A DNA stretch of 64,000 bases from Octopus vulgaris. Lineage: Eukaryota. Every line of letters starts with the position of its first letter. The stretch's first letter is position 1. Both the position numbers and the translations under genes were made by a program. The stretch covers positions 103,292,001 through 103,356,000 of the forward strand of contig OX597819.1 of assembly GCA_951406725.2 (NCBI GenBank), given 5' to 3'. Under the pieces are notes generated by a model. That model did no database searches and had not been told where the DNA came from. It saw only the letters and a program-made list of their open reading frames with translations. Positions 1-13,268 of this stretch are shown here, piece after piece.

Positions 1-420
1 ATCAGTAATCTCTTTACCATACAATCAAGTCTGCACCTATAGTTAATGTTCACGAAAAGCTAATTTTCTTCATTACATAATCCCTTCATCCATTGAACCT
101 TAGGGTGGAGATAAAGTTGGGAATGAAACAAATGCTTCCTCGGTTTTTGGCTTTTCAGCAGTGAATGTCTTCAGTTGCTCAATACTGACGAAAGTTGGTC
201 GTTCAGGTGAGGGGAATACACAACATAAAGATTTCGCAACCGAAAACCGTCGAACCATCGTTGGCCATGTTTGAACACTTAAAACTTCACTTCCATAAAC
301 AGAACGAATATATCTTGCGGTTTCGATTGCTGAAGAGTCTCTTTTGAATTCATACGGTATATTGTATCTGATACGGGTGTCATTTAAAATCATCATTTTA
401 AAAGGTAAAAGCGATACGAA
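1..420 (-). mobile_element. mariner transposase remnant (N-terminal HTH), runs off the window edge
   Basis: ORF 100..396 translates RYNIPYEFKRDSSAIETARYIRSVYGSEVLSVQTW...SPERPT, resembling the mariner N-terminus pattern (xYEFxxGxxAxExxRxIxxVYGxxxLSxxTxxRW...RSGRP); frameshifted downstream. Confidence 0.7.
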
Positions 421-689
421 TTTAATTCCTATGGTATAAAGTAATCTACAAAAAAAAAAAGATACAAGTAAAAATTAATGCTTATTTTACCGTAATTATT
501 GAAAATGTACTCTCAAAGTGATCATGTCAAAAACGTGACACGTTTTTCTTTGCAAATTGATAGTTTTTGATGTACGAAAAGATAAGGTAGTTACAGCCGA
601 AATGACTTTGATCTTAGATATGGTCAGTTAATGTTGACCTTGTGTTAAACAATGTTATCAATATACGAGTTAAACGAAAGACTCTTTAA

Positions 690-880
690 GAGGACTCTCA
701 AAGAGTTAGTAACAGTAGCCAATCATATTTTTTTTTTAAAAAGACGAATTTGATAATGTAGTCTGAAGTAGGTTATACTTCTAAAAATATAAAAGGCGGA
801 GATGTTGCAGTTGGAATGTTTTTGATCCTCTGCCTATTCCAGCAGATAACAAACAACAAGGGATTAAACAACAAAACCTT
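690..880 (+). repeat. degenerate dispersed repeat with (AAC)n-type tail
   Basis: Loose similarity to 41810-42020, 47440-47580 and (reverse) 48000-48090: TAGAAATAACAG...GATAATGTAGTC...GTTGGAATG..TTTGATC...AACAAC. Confidence 0.4.
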
Positions 881-884
881 TAGA

Positions 885-1212
885 ATATCACTACCGTCAC
901 TGTTACTACCGCTAATACTACAACTACAACTAACATTACAAAAGTAAGTACTAGTAACACTACGAGAGCCTTAATCAACGGTAGAGCCACGACTTCAACA
1001 GAGGCACTACCAACAAACCAACAGCTCTACAACCGTAGTCACAATCATCATTGCCAATAAAAAAAAACTTTTCTTACCATCACCACGAATGTCACTCCCA
1101 CGAAACACCACCACTCTAAAACGATTACGATTCCCACAAAATCACCCACCTCAGAGCTACTACCAACACGTCCATCAGCACAACCAGCCACACTACTACT
1201 ACCACCACCACC

Positions 1213-1262
<50 letters not shown>

Positions 1263-1635
1263 CACAACCACTACAACCACAATCGCCAGTACTACTATCA
1301 TCACCAGCACCAGTCGCAACCATCTCTTCCACTACAACCTCAATAATCACTACCACAAACAGGAATACTAACACCACCACTAGAAACGACACCGCTGTAG
1401 CAATATTATCACCACAAACAGTAATGCTACCACCGCCACAATCAACGCAACTACTACCACCACCATTACCATCATCAACACTACAAAAATCTTCTTTCAC
1501 TACCACCACAATCAGCACTATCACAAAAAACACCACCGAAGCAATATCATCTCCGCAAACAATAATACTACTACCACAGAACCACCACTGCTACCACTAC
1601 CACACCAACAACTGCAGCCACCAGTTCCATCAACT
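885..1635. repeat. degenerate CAC/TAC/ACC trinucleotide low-complexity tract
   Basis: Pure (CAC)n and (TAC)n core at about 1190-1262 with decayed flanks. Confidence 0.85.
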
Positions 1636-2191
1636 GAAGAAGAAAAAAGGAATTCTTTGGCAAATACGTAAGCAATAATGAAATCTGTGAGTACGTGCAG
1701 GCAAGCGACACATGGCAATTTATAGTAACAACCCCACCATATCTGCACTTACCCTATACACCCAGTCAGAGATTCACCCTTTATACACCCTGCCGTACCC
1801 TTCCACACCCATGCTGGACCCATTCCACTCCCTAAAACCCCTTTCACACCAATCCTCTGTCCTGTCCCGCCAGTAAGCTGATATGATTCTTACAAGAGGC
1901 AATGAGTCATGGCCTTAAGTTTAATAACCCATCATTGTCCGGACACATGCTGCTTCGCACATACACACATGCACACACGCACACACACGCGCGCGCGCAA
2001 ATACACGTATATACATACATGCATACAAATACACGAATATGCATATATACATATGAAGTTACTCAGATATGTGTGTATGTAAACAGACACACGCACACGT
2101 ATGTAATATATATGTATGCATCTACATATTATACGCACACACATACACACACGCATGCACACGCACACACAAGAACGAGCAGACACACACT

Positions 2192-2228
<37 letters not shown>

Positions 2229-2480
2229 GAGAGAGAGAGTTCTCCTAGAGACAGCAAAATAAGAGCATCGTGTTTGAGGGAATCTGAACTGGCAGCGTTG
2301 AGAAGAATACTGCCTGTGATTTGACCACCGCTACCGAATGGGAGGAACTTTCGGTTCAAGGTTGCAACACCCAATTATCATAGGAAACCGTCTGATGACA
2401 TATGTACGTATGTATTTAAGGCTTTATTGAATCATTTCAATTTGGTTGCGAATTTTCGAAAATTCAAAGTTTAATGAAAA

Positions 2481-2858
2481 CTAGCAGTATCGTCTGGCGT
2501 TGCTCGGGTTTGTTTCGACCCTTTAGAATTGGAATTATTGAAAAGTAAAAATGTTGTATTATGTAGCTTGTTATTCACTTTAAGTGAACATTTTTTTCTG
2601 GTTGAAATACACCGAAAAATGGCGACACAGTAGTTAAAAAATCGCAAAAAGTAGGGATTTTCATAGAAAAAAAAGCACCTTTATGATGTAAATAATTTTT
2701 GGTGTTAACATGGTCCGATTTGAATTTTTTCTTCTACGGAAGGAAGAGCAAGCCTTCTTCTATCATACTCTCAATTTTGGTCAACTTGCACCGCAGGGTC
2801 TCGGATGAGATAGTGGTAGTTGAAGGCTACCAAACCTGCCATACACAGACAACTTCAG
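2481..2858 (-). mobile_element. non-autonomous Helitron-like element
   Basis: Minus-strand end reads CCCGAGCAACGCCAGACGATACTGCTAG|T: degenerate subterminal hairpin, CTAG terminus at 2481-2484 and T target base, the Helitron 3' signature; 5' end appears truncated. Confidence 0.65.
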
Positions 2859-4800
2859 GGAGACTTAAAAATCTAGTACATTACTGTAGTTTTCTAAGCT
2901 GAATCTCAGGAAGTATTTCACTTTTTCCAGAAATGAATATGCAGAATACATACATACAGACGCACACACATATATATATATATATACATACACACAAATG
3001 CATGCAAACATACATATATACACACATACATACGTACATGCATGCATGCATAGGAACACACACACACACACACACACACACTGACCCACACACATGCACA
3101 CAAACAAAAAGGAACGCAGTGTAAATAACAGACAGAGTCAAGACGCAACCAAAATTTTAGGAAAATAAAAATAAGAAATAAGTGGAAATTTTACCGGTGA
3201 GTGTGTTAAATTATATGGCACAAAAAGAAAATGACTCTCCCCAGACACAACAGAACTTTAAAAACAGTTAGAGAGGCTTAAACTTTGATAATTTTCACCA
3301 AGTCAGAAAACAGGATTTGGAAGCTGTTATTTTGTGCGTGACAGCATGTGTTGTCAATTGTAAATAAATGAAATATTGGCGAAATTCTTCTTTACGCACA
3401 CCATATAGTCCCTCATAAACTTTTTATTTTGGGGGATTTTGAGAAAATTTTTGCAGATGTTTTGCGTTCTTGTCCCATTTTGTATTTTTTATATATATCC
3501 ACACAACTAAATACACATATCCATGCATATACATGCACGCACAAATAAACAGTTATAAACATTTATAAACATGTATTTACATATTTTTGAGGGTAGTGTG
3601 ACAACCCCACCACGACGAACTACCATGGAACCCCTCACTATTGTTTCGTTTTTTTTTTAAACGGAATTAGATAAAACAGAATTCCATAGACATTGGAATG
3701 AGAAGAAACAGAAAGGATTCCTTCTATAGGGTGGGGGAAATGATAGGAAGAGCCTCTTGCATGAGGAAGCCTGACTTGCCAGCCATGTGGAGAATAAGGG
3801 CAGTCATTTGGTCAGCACCACCGATGGGAGTGAACTTACGGGTTAGGTTCGAAATCCATAATGATCATTGGATACATTCGGAAGACATCAATTGTCCCTG
3901 ATCAAGAGTACGTCTACCACAAATGTGATTACACACGCACACACACGCGCACACATACACACACACATATGCACACATACATACGCTCTCCCTCCCCCCA
4001 CACAAACAAATAGCAAGAGAGGAATAGATATAGATATTTATGCGTACGTGGGTACGAAGGGAGCCTTCCTTATTCAGCATATTTCATGATAAATGACAAG
4101 GCAATATCATTACATATATCACTAGGGACTCCACTCTGGCTAACGACACGTATGAATGAAGAACAGTCTTATATTTCATTTTAACCGTCATGAATTTGAA
4201 TAGAGCGATTACGATAGGAGTACTTTTAGTCTTCTATTATAATTCCATTCCCGTCTAGGATGCACTATAGGAATTTCGATCGACCCAACAGTCTATTGGT
4301 GCTTTATGTTTATCGATCTTGGAAAGCTGAACTGTAAAGCGAGATTTAAACTCTTGTAAGTTAATTCCACCAAGCAATTTGCTCAACAATCTACCGATCG
4401 TCTCAGCTGACCAAAATAGATACCGAATTGAGTCAATAAGATTTCAGTAAATAAGAAAATAAACTGGATATGAGGAAATCCATTCTGGACAGTTTTGAGT
4501 AAAATAACCATTGAAGCAGTCAAAATTTTCTGGCTTTGCTGCGAAAACAAATCATACATTTAAGAAAAGTACTAGGGATTTAAGAAAAGCAGTTATGAAT
4601 ATAATGGCTTTAAGTCAAATTCTGGTATTTAATAATGGAGTTACAACTGAGATAGTATGAAGAAGGTTATTATTTCCGATGCCAGTCCGCCTGACAATAC
4701 CTCTGATTCCATGATACAAACTTCCTGTTTTAAAGTGACCTAAATTAAAAATTTGTTAAAATTTCATACGAAATGAAGTTCGGAATATCAGCTTAATAAT

Positions 4801-5088
4801 TCTTTGTAATTTTGGCACAAGGCTAGTAATTTTGAGGGAACTCCAGCACCCAACTGATACTTATTTTATCGACCTCGAAAAGATGAGAGGCAAGGATGAC
4901 CTTGGAAGAAGTTTGGAGCAGAGGGTTAATCGATTACACAGTACTGGAATTTCTTTTATTGACTCGGAAAGGATGAAAGCCAAAGTTGAACTCAGCGAAA
5001 TTTAAGTTCAGCGAGCAAAACTGGACGAAATGTCGCTAAACAATATATCTGGCGTGCTAACGATTCTGCTGGTTCCCCGCATTTATTC
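4801..5088 (-). mobile_element. SINE family B, degenerate (one partial plus one near-complete copy)
   Basis: Reverse complement matches the intact copy at 38538-38769 (plus-strand GAAAGGATGAAAG, GGACGAAATG, GGCGTGCTAACGATTCTGC). Confidence 0.75.
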
Positions 5089-5098
5089 CAGCTTAATA

Positions 5099-5310
5099 TT
5101 AGTTTTTAATTTGGGCACAAGGCCAGTAATATCAGGCCAGGACGTCAATCGATTACATCAAACCCAGTGCTCAAATGTTACTTATTTTATTGGCCTTGAA
5201 GAAATGAAAGGCAAAATTGAGCTCGGCAGAATTTGAACTCAGAACATAAACGGACGAAATGCCGCAAAGAATTTTGCCTTGTATGCTAACGTTTCTGCCA
5301 GCTCACCGTT
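5099..5310 (-). mobile_element. SINE family B
   Basis: GGCAGAATTTGAACTCAGAAC (B box, reverse) and GCTAACGTTTCTGCCAGCTCACCG head, as in 38538-38769. Confidence 0.85.
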
Positions 5311-5644
5311 CTTGTGTCAGCTTAATATTAAAAGTGTTATTTTATTTAATTTTTCTGTACTGAAAATAAATTAATCAAAGTGAAATCAGTCGTATGTTTC
5401 AACAAAGATGTTTTAGCAAAGGGACTCGTTAAAGATTTAAATAAAGCTGTTGCAGGTGTTAATAAAGTGATTATGCGTATGTTGACGGAAAGTAATTTGC
5501 CAGGACTGTCAGTATGTCAGAAGAGATATGTGCAATATGATCTGATATATACATATATACACATATATGTGACTATTCTTGTGTGCAAAATGTATCAATG
5601 TATAATGTACACACACACACATACACATACACATACACATACCC

Positions 5645-5701
<57 letters not shown>

Positions 5702-5742
5702 CATATGTGCATAAATATATAAATTTGTGTGCGTGCACATGC

Positions 5743-6068
5743 GCGAAGGGTTGTTGCTTTGTAGTTAGGGTATTCGGCTCACGTAAGGTCAAGAGTATGA
5801 TTCTTTGCGACACGTTGTGTTCTTGAGTAAGAGACTTTATTTCACGTTGCTCCAGTCTGCTGAGCTGCGAAAATTGAGGTGTACCTGTAGCTTAAACGGC
5901 CAGTCATTTCTTATTCTGTGTCACGATGAATCTTCCTGAGAACTACATTAAGAGTACGTGTGTTTGTAGAGAGTTCAGGTACTTGCACATTAATTTCACG
6001 AACGGGCTGTTCCGTTGAACGAGATGACTGAAACACGAAGAGTAATCCGGTTAACCGACGGGGTGCAG
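5743..6068 (+). mobile_element. degenerate tRNA-headed CORE-like SINE (family D)
   Basis: Decayed head then GTTGTGTTCTTGAGTAAGAGACTTTATTTCACGTTGCTCCAGTC, homologous to about 15962-16005. Confidence 0.55.
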
Positions 6069-6069
6069 T

Positions 6070-6420
6070 ATATAAATAGTGTACATTTAAACACATAAGA
6101 TGTAGCCATCATAGGATTCCTTGCAAGCTAGAAAGGACAGTTAAATTCCAAACCACTATTAGGGATAAAGTTTCGAAGAGAATGAAAAATAAAAACATTT
6201 ACCATCTAACTTCTGGACCAAATGGTTTCAGACTTTTTTAGCAAATAAAATAATTTACTAGGCGAAGTCTTCTTCAGCAGGTGCACCTTAGATTAAATAT
6301 ATATACACGAGGCAATCCAATATATGCCCCGTGCTTATACATTCTAATCTTTCAAATGTACCGCGCAAGGAATCCTATGATGGATAAACTTACGTGTTTA
6401 AATATACACTGTATTTATAT
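6070..6420. mobile_element. MITE-like element with about 55-bp terminal inverted repeats
   Basis: 6070-6124 and 6365-6420 are reverse complements, including exact CCATCATAGGATTCCTTGC / GCAAGGAATCCTATGATGG. Confidence 0.7.
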
Positions 6421-6748
6421 GAATAATATATAGTTTATTGACTAATCTGTTTACACGCTAGGCCACTGGTAATGGAAATTTCAAATATTTCTGATTACCT
6501 TTTTGATATTACTAATTATATATATGCTGATATATATAAACATATATATCCAGGTTCGGTGATTACGCGAATAAGGAATACAACGTAGGTCATATATCAG
6601 CATGTGTATATACAATTTTTTTTTCAGAATGGGATAAAAAAAAAGGCTGTGAACATTTTAGAACATTTAAGAACATTTAGAACATTTCTATTTATAAATG
6701 TTCTAAAATCTTCACATCCTTGGTTTTTTTTATTTCATTCTAAAAATA

Positions 6749-6860
<112 letters not shown>

Positions 6861-7324
6861 CTTTAGTGATGAAGAGGCTGAATATTTGTTATAAAGTTAT
6901 AGAGATCAACCATGACTTCAAGCTTCGTTTCTTGAAGGTTCAAACGGTGGCCAATGAAATAAGAACTAGACTTAAACTAGCAATAGCGTCGAGTTGATCG
7001 GCTAAAAACTCTTTAAGGTGGAATCCTAGCATGGAAGCATTTAAATGATTGATACCAGTTTAAAGAATAATAGAAATATGTCTGTATGTGTATGTGCACA
7101 TGTGTACCTATTCATTATTTTTCAGATATGTCACGCAGCACTGCTGTAATATATTTTTACATACTAAGTAATGCTCGAGAGGTAGGCTCAGGAGGCTGAA
7201 GTTTATCTCGATCTCCGAGGATTTTATGTGACTGAAAGCTTCAGAATTTAGTAAATTTACTATGGGTTACACTAAACCATCCAATGTTTTGAGCAAAGAT
7301 GAGAAGGAGTTGGAAAAGGAGACA

Positions 7325-8130
7325 TACTTCAGTAAAGTAGATATGGTTTTGAGTAAAACTGTAGATTTAAATGAAGTAAATATTTATTTGAGGAAAACCA
7401 GTATGAACCTGAGTAAAATACCTCAATTTTGAATTAAAGTTTAGATTTGACTGAAGTAGACATTTATTTAACTAAGACTACTATGAATCTGAGTAAACCA
7501 GCCATTGGTCTCCAATAAAAATTTATTTTTGAATGAAGCAGACATTTATTTGAGTAAAAACTACTATGAATTTGAACGTAGGAGTGGCTGTATGGTAAGT
7601 AGCTTACTTACGAACCACATGGTTCCGGGTTCAGTCCCACTGCGTGGCACCTTAGGCAAGTGTCTTCTACTATAGCCTAGGGCCGACCGAAATCTTGAGT
7701 GGATTTGGTAGACGGAAACTGTAAGAAGCCCATCGTATATATGTATATATAAATATGTGTGTGTATATGTTTGTGTGTCTGTGTTTGTCCCACACTCCCA
7801 ACATCGCTTGACAACCGATGCTGGTGTGTTTACGTCCCCGTAACTTAACGGTTCGGCAAAAGAGACCGATATAATAAGTACTAACCTCACAAAGAATAAG
7901 TCCTGGGGGCGACTTGCTCGACTAAAAGGCGGTGTTCTAGCATGGCAACAATCAAATAACTGAAACAAGTAAAAGGATAAAAGAGTAAACCAGCCATTGG
8001 TCTTCAATAAAACAATAGATTTGTGCAAAATAGCCATTTATTAGAGTATAACTGGTATGAGTTCGAGAACAGCAACTATAGTTTTGAGTAAAACGTCAGA
8101 TTTGAATAAAACAGCCAGCTATTTGAATAA
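7325..8130. repeat. degenerate tandem array, about 81-bp unit made of 18-21-bp subunits, interrupted by a SINE
   Basis: TGAAGyArAyATTTATTT...TATGAAyyTGAGTAAA recurs at about 7372, 7452 and 7534 and resumes after 7985. Confidence 0.7.
7576..7985 (+). mobile_element. SINE family A (tRNA head, CORE-like domain, internal microsatellite, LINE-like tail), full length
   Basis: A box GTGGCTGTATGG, B box GGTTCAGTCCC, CCTTAGGCAAGT CORE-like motif, tail CTGAAACAAGTAAAAG; colinear with 51870-52280. Confidence 0.92.
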
Positions 8131-8194
8131 ATTATTTATGATGACTCCTCACTAAACATGGTTAACCCCATTTCATATTCTATTGCACTATTTT

Positions 8195-8329
8195 AGCTGA
8201 GTAGACCAAACGAATGTGAAATTAAGTGACTTGCTCAAGATCTCAACGTGCCGCTCGGGCTAAGATTTGAAACCAGCAACCTTACAATCGTGAGCCTAAC
8301 CGCCTTAACCACTCAGACACACGTCTTCA
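8195..8329 (-). mobile_element. SINE family D 5' portion
   Basis: Reverse strand: GTGTCTGAGTGGTTAAGGCG...GGTTTCAAATC...TCTTGAGCAAGTCACTTAA (tRNA boxes plus CORE motif). Confidence 0.7.
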
Positions 8330-9042
8330 TATTTCATATATAAAAATTGATATTTAGTGTTTCAATCACGTATATTATGCAATGTGTTATGTAATTACTA
8401 TATGATTTCATTAACATTTTGTTTAATTGTTATTCTACAAACAGATTCATGCTCCAAGTTCGAATACTTCTGGAGTAGATTTCGATTTAATTCCTCCACC
8501 CATATATTGCAATATATGGAACCACTTTTAAAAGTGTTGTACCTAGATTCTTGAAGCAATAAATAAATTTAAAAAATGCTTGTAATGATGATAATGTAAT
8601 AATACTGATGATGTCATAATATTTGGTGACAATAGGCACGGTAATGATGCTGATTATATAAATATGATAATAGTTTCTTTAGATGTAATAATACAAATAA
8701 GTACGGAATTATGAAGTATGAAGCCTATGAAGTGACGTGGCGATTTGCCTGATTCATTTATTCAATCTTGTGTGTATCTATGTGTTTGTGTGTGTGTGAA
8801 TGTGTGTATGAGTGAGAGAGAGAGAAACACACCGACAGAAAGTGCATTGGCATACATACATACATACACACACAAACACACACACACACACACATATATA
8901 TGATATAACTAGATAGACACAGACATATACTTATATACTTGTATGTGTGTATGCATATATAAATATATATATTATTTATATGCATAAATATGTGTATATA
9001 TATATATTATATATACGTATGCACACACACAAACACACACCC

Positions 9043-9073
<31 letters not shown>

Positions 9074-9915
9074 TAAGCAGCGCGCATATATTTACATATA
9101 TCTTTGGTTATTCGCAAACGTCTGTCTACGATAATAAACGTTACACTCGATGCCAACATAAAGCTACATCTGCCAAAACTAATACTACATCAATAAACAT
9201 TGTTTGTTTATAGTTCTTTACATTTTCAACGGTTCTATTGAGTTGTTTTTGCCATTTTCCCTTTCTCTATCGAGGTTAGTTTTCTTTTTTCCTTTACGTT
9301 GCTTTTTTGCTAGATATTTTTTTGATTTTTGTATATTTTTCGTTATTTTTTTCTTTCTACCACCCCACCCAATGTTGGAATATTCATCTTGTGAAGCAAT
9401 AGTCAAATCATATTTTCCTCTGTTCCCTGTAAACACATCATTCCTATTTCAATGGCAATTACCAATATTTACCAAAATCTTTCAGATGCCATTCTTAATT
9501 TTCCGACCGCTGCCATCAAAAGTCTTTTATAGAAAACGAAAATAAGAAGCAGAAAATAAATAAATAAAAAAAATGACGGATGTAGTTGGTGGGAGCGAGG
9601 TCGTTGGGAAGGAATTGGTGCTCAGTTATATTCACCAAAGACTTATTTTGAGGTCATTTTTGTTTGGATGCTTTTTGATGCTTGCAGATCCGCATGTTTT
9701 CGGTGCGCAGATTGTATCCAATGTATTGCGATGTATTCCAGCAATCTCCTATATTCAAATTCACCCCACTCATGCCACACACACACACACACACACACGG
9801 ATATACACCATATATACATATGCACAAATAGTCAGTAAACGACAGTGATAAAGATGCATAAATATATATCTATATACATCATTAGGAAATACATGGAATT
9901 ATGTATATATATATA

Positions 9916-10024
<109 letters not shown>

Positions 10025-10964
10025 ATATACATACATACATATACATATACATACATATATATACATACATATACATACATATATATACATACATATACAT
10101 ACGTATATGTATGTATGTATATATATCCATTCTCAAAGAAGGTAAAAGAATCGCTTGGTGGCAAATGTGACAATCTATCCTTCTCCGTCTCTCACACATA
10201 CACACACACACATATACATAAGTTTCTAGTGTAAAAAGTCAAAACATTTAATTATTATCACTTCATTGGTTGATAAATACATTCTTTGTTTTACCTAGTA
10301 GACTGGAGTTAACGTGAATCCATAGTTTCGTACCTGTGTTTTTGCAATTATTTAACCGTAGTTTGAAAGATAGTTGCAACTCTGCTATCATGTTAGATAA
10401 GACGAGAAAAACAAAAAGACTGGATGAGCAATGGAAACAAAGTAATCATTCATTGAATGTGATATTGATTGGTTCTCTTGTACTGTGCCTTGAACATAAC
10501 CGAATACATTCTTCCATTGATATATTTAACGCAGCGTATATAATTATAATTATACGATTGATAATTTTTAGATTGCCCGAATATACTTTCTCTCTCTCTC
10601 TCTTTCTTTCTGTCTCTATCGCTCTTTCTCTTTCTCCTTCTTTCTCCATCGGCTGTCATATTTTACGGCTTTTCCTGCATCTCCATCCCCTTTGTGCTTG
10701 AGGTACTTGGTTGATATTTTCTGTTCCTGGATTTCAAACGCACACCCTTCCAAGTGGGAAGTAGTAATCCAGCTATTCGTTCATGATAAACTGCTTTGAT
10801 GAGGGATGGTACTATTATCACAGAGCTTTCCACTGACATATCCATGCATAGTGCTATGCTCATATAGGCTCATCCTTTCATCTGATGATATGTTGCGGGA
10901 GAGTAGTGCCACTCCTTTGGACATGTATGTATGTAAGTATGTATATATGTATATGTATATGTAT

Positions 10965-11268
10965 ATCACCGTGATCACCGTGACCGACCAGGCTATCAGA
11001 TGTTGTTACACATTGCTGGTCACAATGCGCTTCGCATTGTTTTAGCCTTCAAATGACGCCACCCCGCTGGCTAAGCGAGCAGGCCAACAGAAGAAAGAGT
11101 GAGAGAAAGTTGTGGCGAGAGAGTACAGCAGGGATCGCCACCACCCCTGCCGGAGCCTTGTGGAGTTTTAGGTGTTTTCGCTCAATAAACACTCAGAACG
11201 CCCGGTCTGGGAATCGAAACCGCGATCCTACGACCGTTATTCCGCTGCCCTAACCACTAGGCCTCCAC
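10965..11268 (-). mobile_element. tRNA-derived SINE family C, full length
   Basis: Reverse strand: GGCCTAGTGGTTAGGGC (A box), GGTTTCGATTCCC (B box), ends in tandem TCACGGTGA tail; flanked by TA-rich microsatellite. Confidence 0.85.
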
Positions 11269-11312
<44 letters not shown>

Positions 11313-11343
11313 GTATATGTATATATATATACATATATATATG

Positions 11344-11443
<100 letters not shown>

Positions 11444-12474
11444 GACAGAGACAGAGAGACAGAGATAGAACAAATTGTTGGTGATATAGTGCATTGTTTG
11501 TACCTCCGGGCTGAAATCCGTATATTAAACTTACTAGTGCACACATGCATGAGAATGTTGCATATGAGTAACTTTATATGATTAATTAGATATCTGTGTG
11601 TACAACGTAGACGTTACACTGGTCTGTTGAGATATTCCTTTTCAAACGTGTACTTAAGAATGCGTAGACACATATCATGTTTGTGCTTCATTTGTGTGAA
11701 CGTTGCAGAGGACTGCCTTATTACCCAATTTGCAATCGGCATAGCTGAATAACAATTATCTACCGTGATTGCTAAGCAGACACGGTGTTATTTCATTATT
11801 CTAATACAGGGGATTGATAGTTTGAGTAGGGTATCTAGTTATTATGCAGGATCTTTGTAGTTTTCGTCACTGTTTACAAATTATCTTACAGAAAAATTTT
11901 TAAGGTAACATATAAATGTAATTTTTGACGTTGAATCCGTATTTGTTATTCATTCATTCCAGAAAAAATTTGCAAAATTATTACAGGTGTTCAAATTTGA
12001 TAGTTTTCAGAATTTTCAGAAAACAGTACGTTCGCTGCCTCTTCTATCATCGGGGAACAAATAACAGTCAAAACATTAAAATATACACGAATGAAGCTAA
12101 CATTAAAACATTCGCGAGCAAATTGAATATTTAAAAGCGTCGAACGAACAAACAGACCAACTGGAGTTGCTAGAAATAACATTCAAAACATTGTTTAAAA
12201 CAGACATATTAGTTTTTAAAATTTAAAAACGAAATATTGCAATACATGCTAGGATTTTATAAAATAAGCTAGCTGGCCTCGTGCCGTCAAAAAGGACAGC
12301 TAGTTATAGTATTTTGTATATAAATATGGATGGTAAATCAAATTAATACACTTGTCAATGTTATCTAGTGGTTGTCTTTTGAGATGTGACGTCGATCATC
12401 GTTTGTTACTGAAAGAACAGTTGAAACGCTGTTTGAGTTTTCTTTCCAGCATTGAATGTTCACCATTCCACTTC

Positions 12475-12545
<71 letters not shown>

Positions 12546-13212
12546 CAAACAAACAAACTTTCATATACCTTCTTTTACATACACACACATATACTCACAC
12601 AGAGTTGAAACGCTCTCACCACCAGTTTGCTATTACCCCTTCCTTCGTTATTCATCTATCTCCCCCTTCCTTTCTCATTTCATATGTTTTGACGGAGAAA
12701 AACACAAAAATATTATTATAGTAGAAGATTATCTTTCTCATATCTCCTTCCCCCTGTGCGCATACACAGAATCTTTGCTTATTATGGAAAGAGAGTTTTT
12801 TTGCCACGGTGATATATAAACTACTCGCTTCTAGCTGGCTAAAATACACAAGTTTCGCAAATTTTAAAGGCTAATAACTTTTTAATTATGGATTTATAGG
12901 GAAAATGAATTTCCTTTTCATGATTAGTATACAAAACTGAATCCATATACCAAATTTGAAAATAACTGGAACAAAGTGACGAAAACCATAAAGATCCATT
13001 AGGAAAAAGGTGCGACTTTGTATGGCAAGAGGGGGCAATAGTGGGTATGTTTACCATCATACCCAACCCTGTTTCTTTTCAGTTGATATGAATATACAAA
13101 TTCACAAATTATGTCATGTAGCAATATGACTATACGTTCAGTTTATATCATGTTATATTCACCTACGAACACCGCTGCAGCTTGTTCTGAGTAATGCCGT
13201 TTTCCCCAGACT

Positions 13213-13268
<56 letters not shown>

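Noticed and set aside
885-1678. Mucin-like Thr/His-rich ORFs
   Set aside because: Overlapping ORFs on both strands over a decayed triplet repeat; a similar tract at 47030-47770 is in reverse sense.
7325-8130. CRISPR-like periodicity
   Set aside because: Units are contiguous and degenerate with no unique spacers; eukaryotic context and no cas genes.
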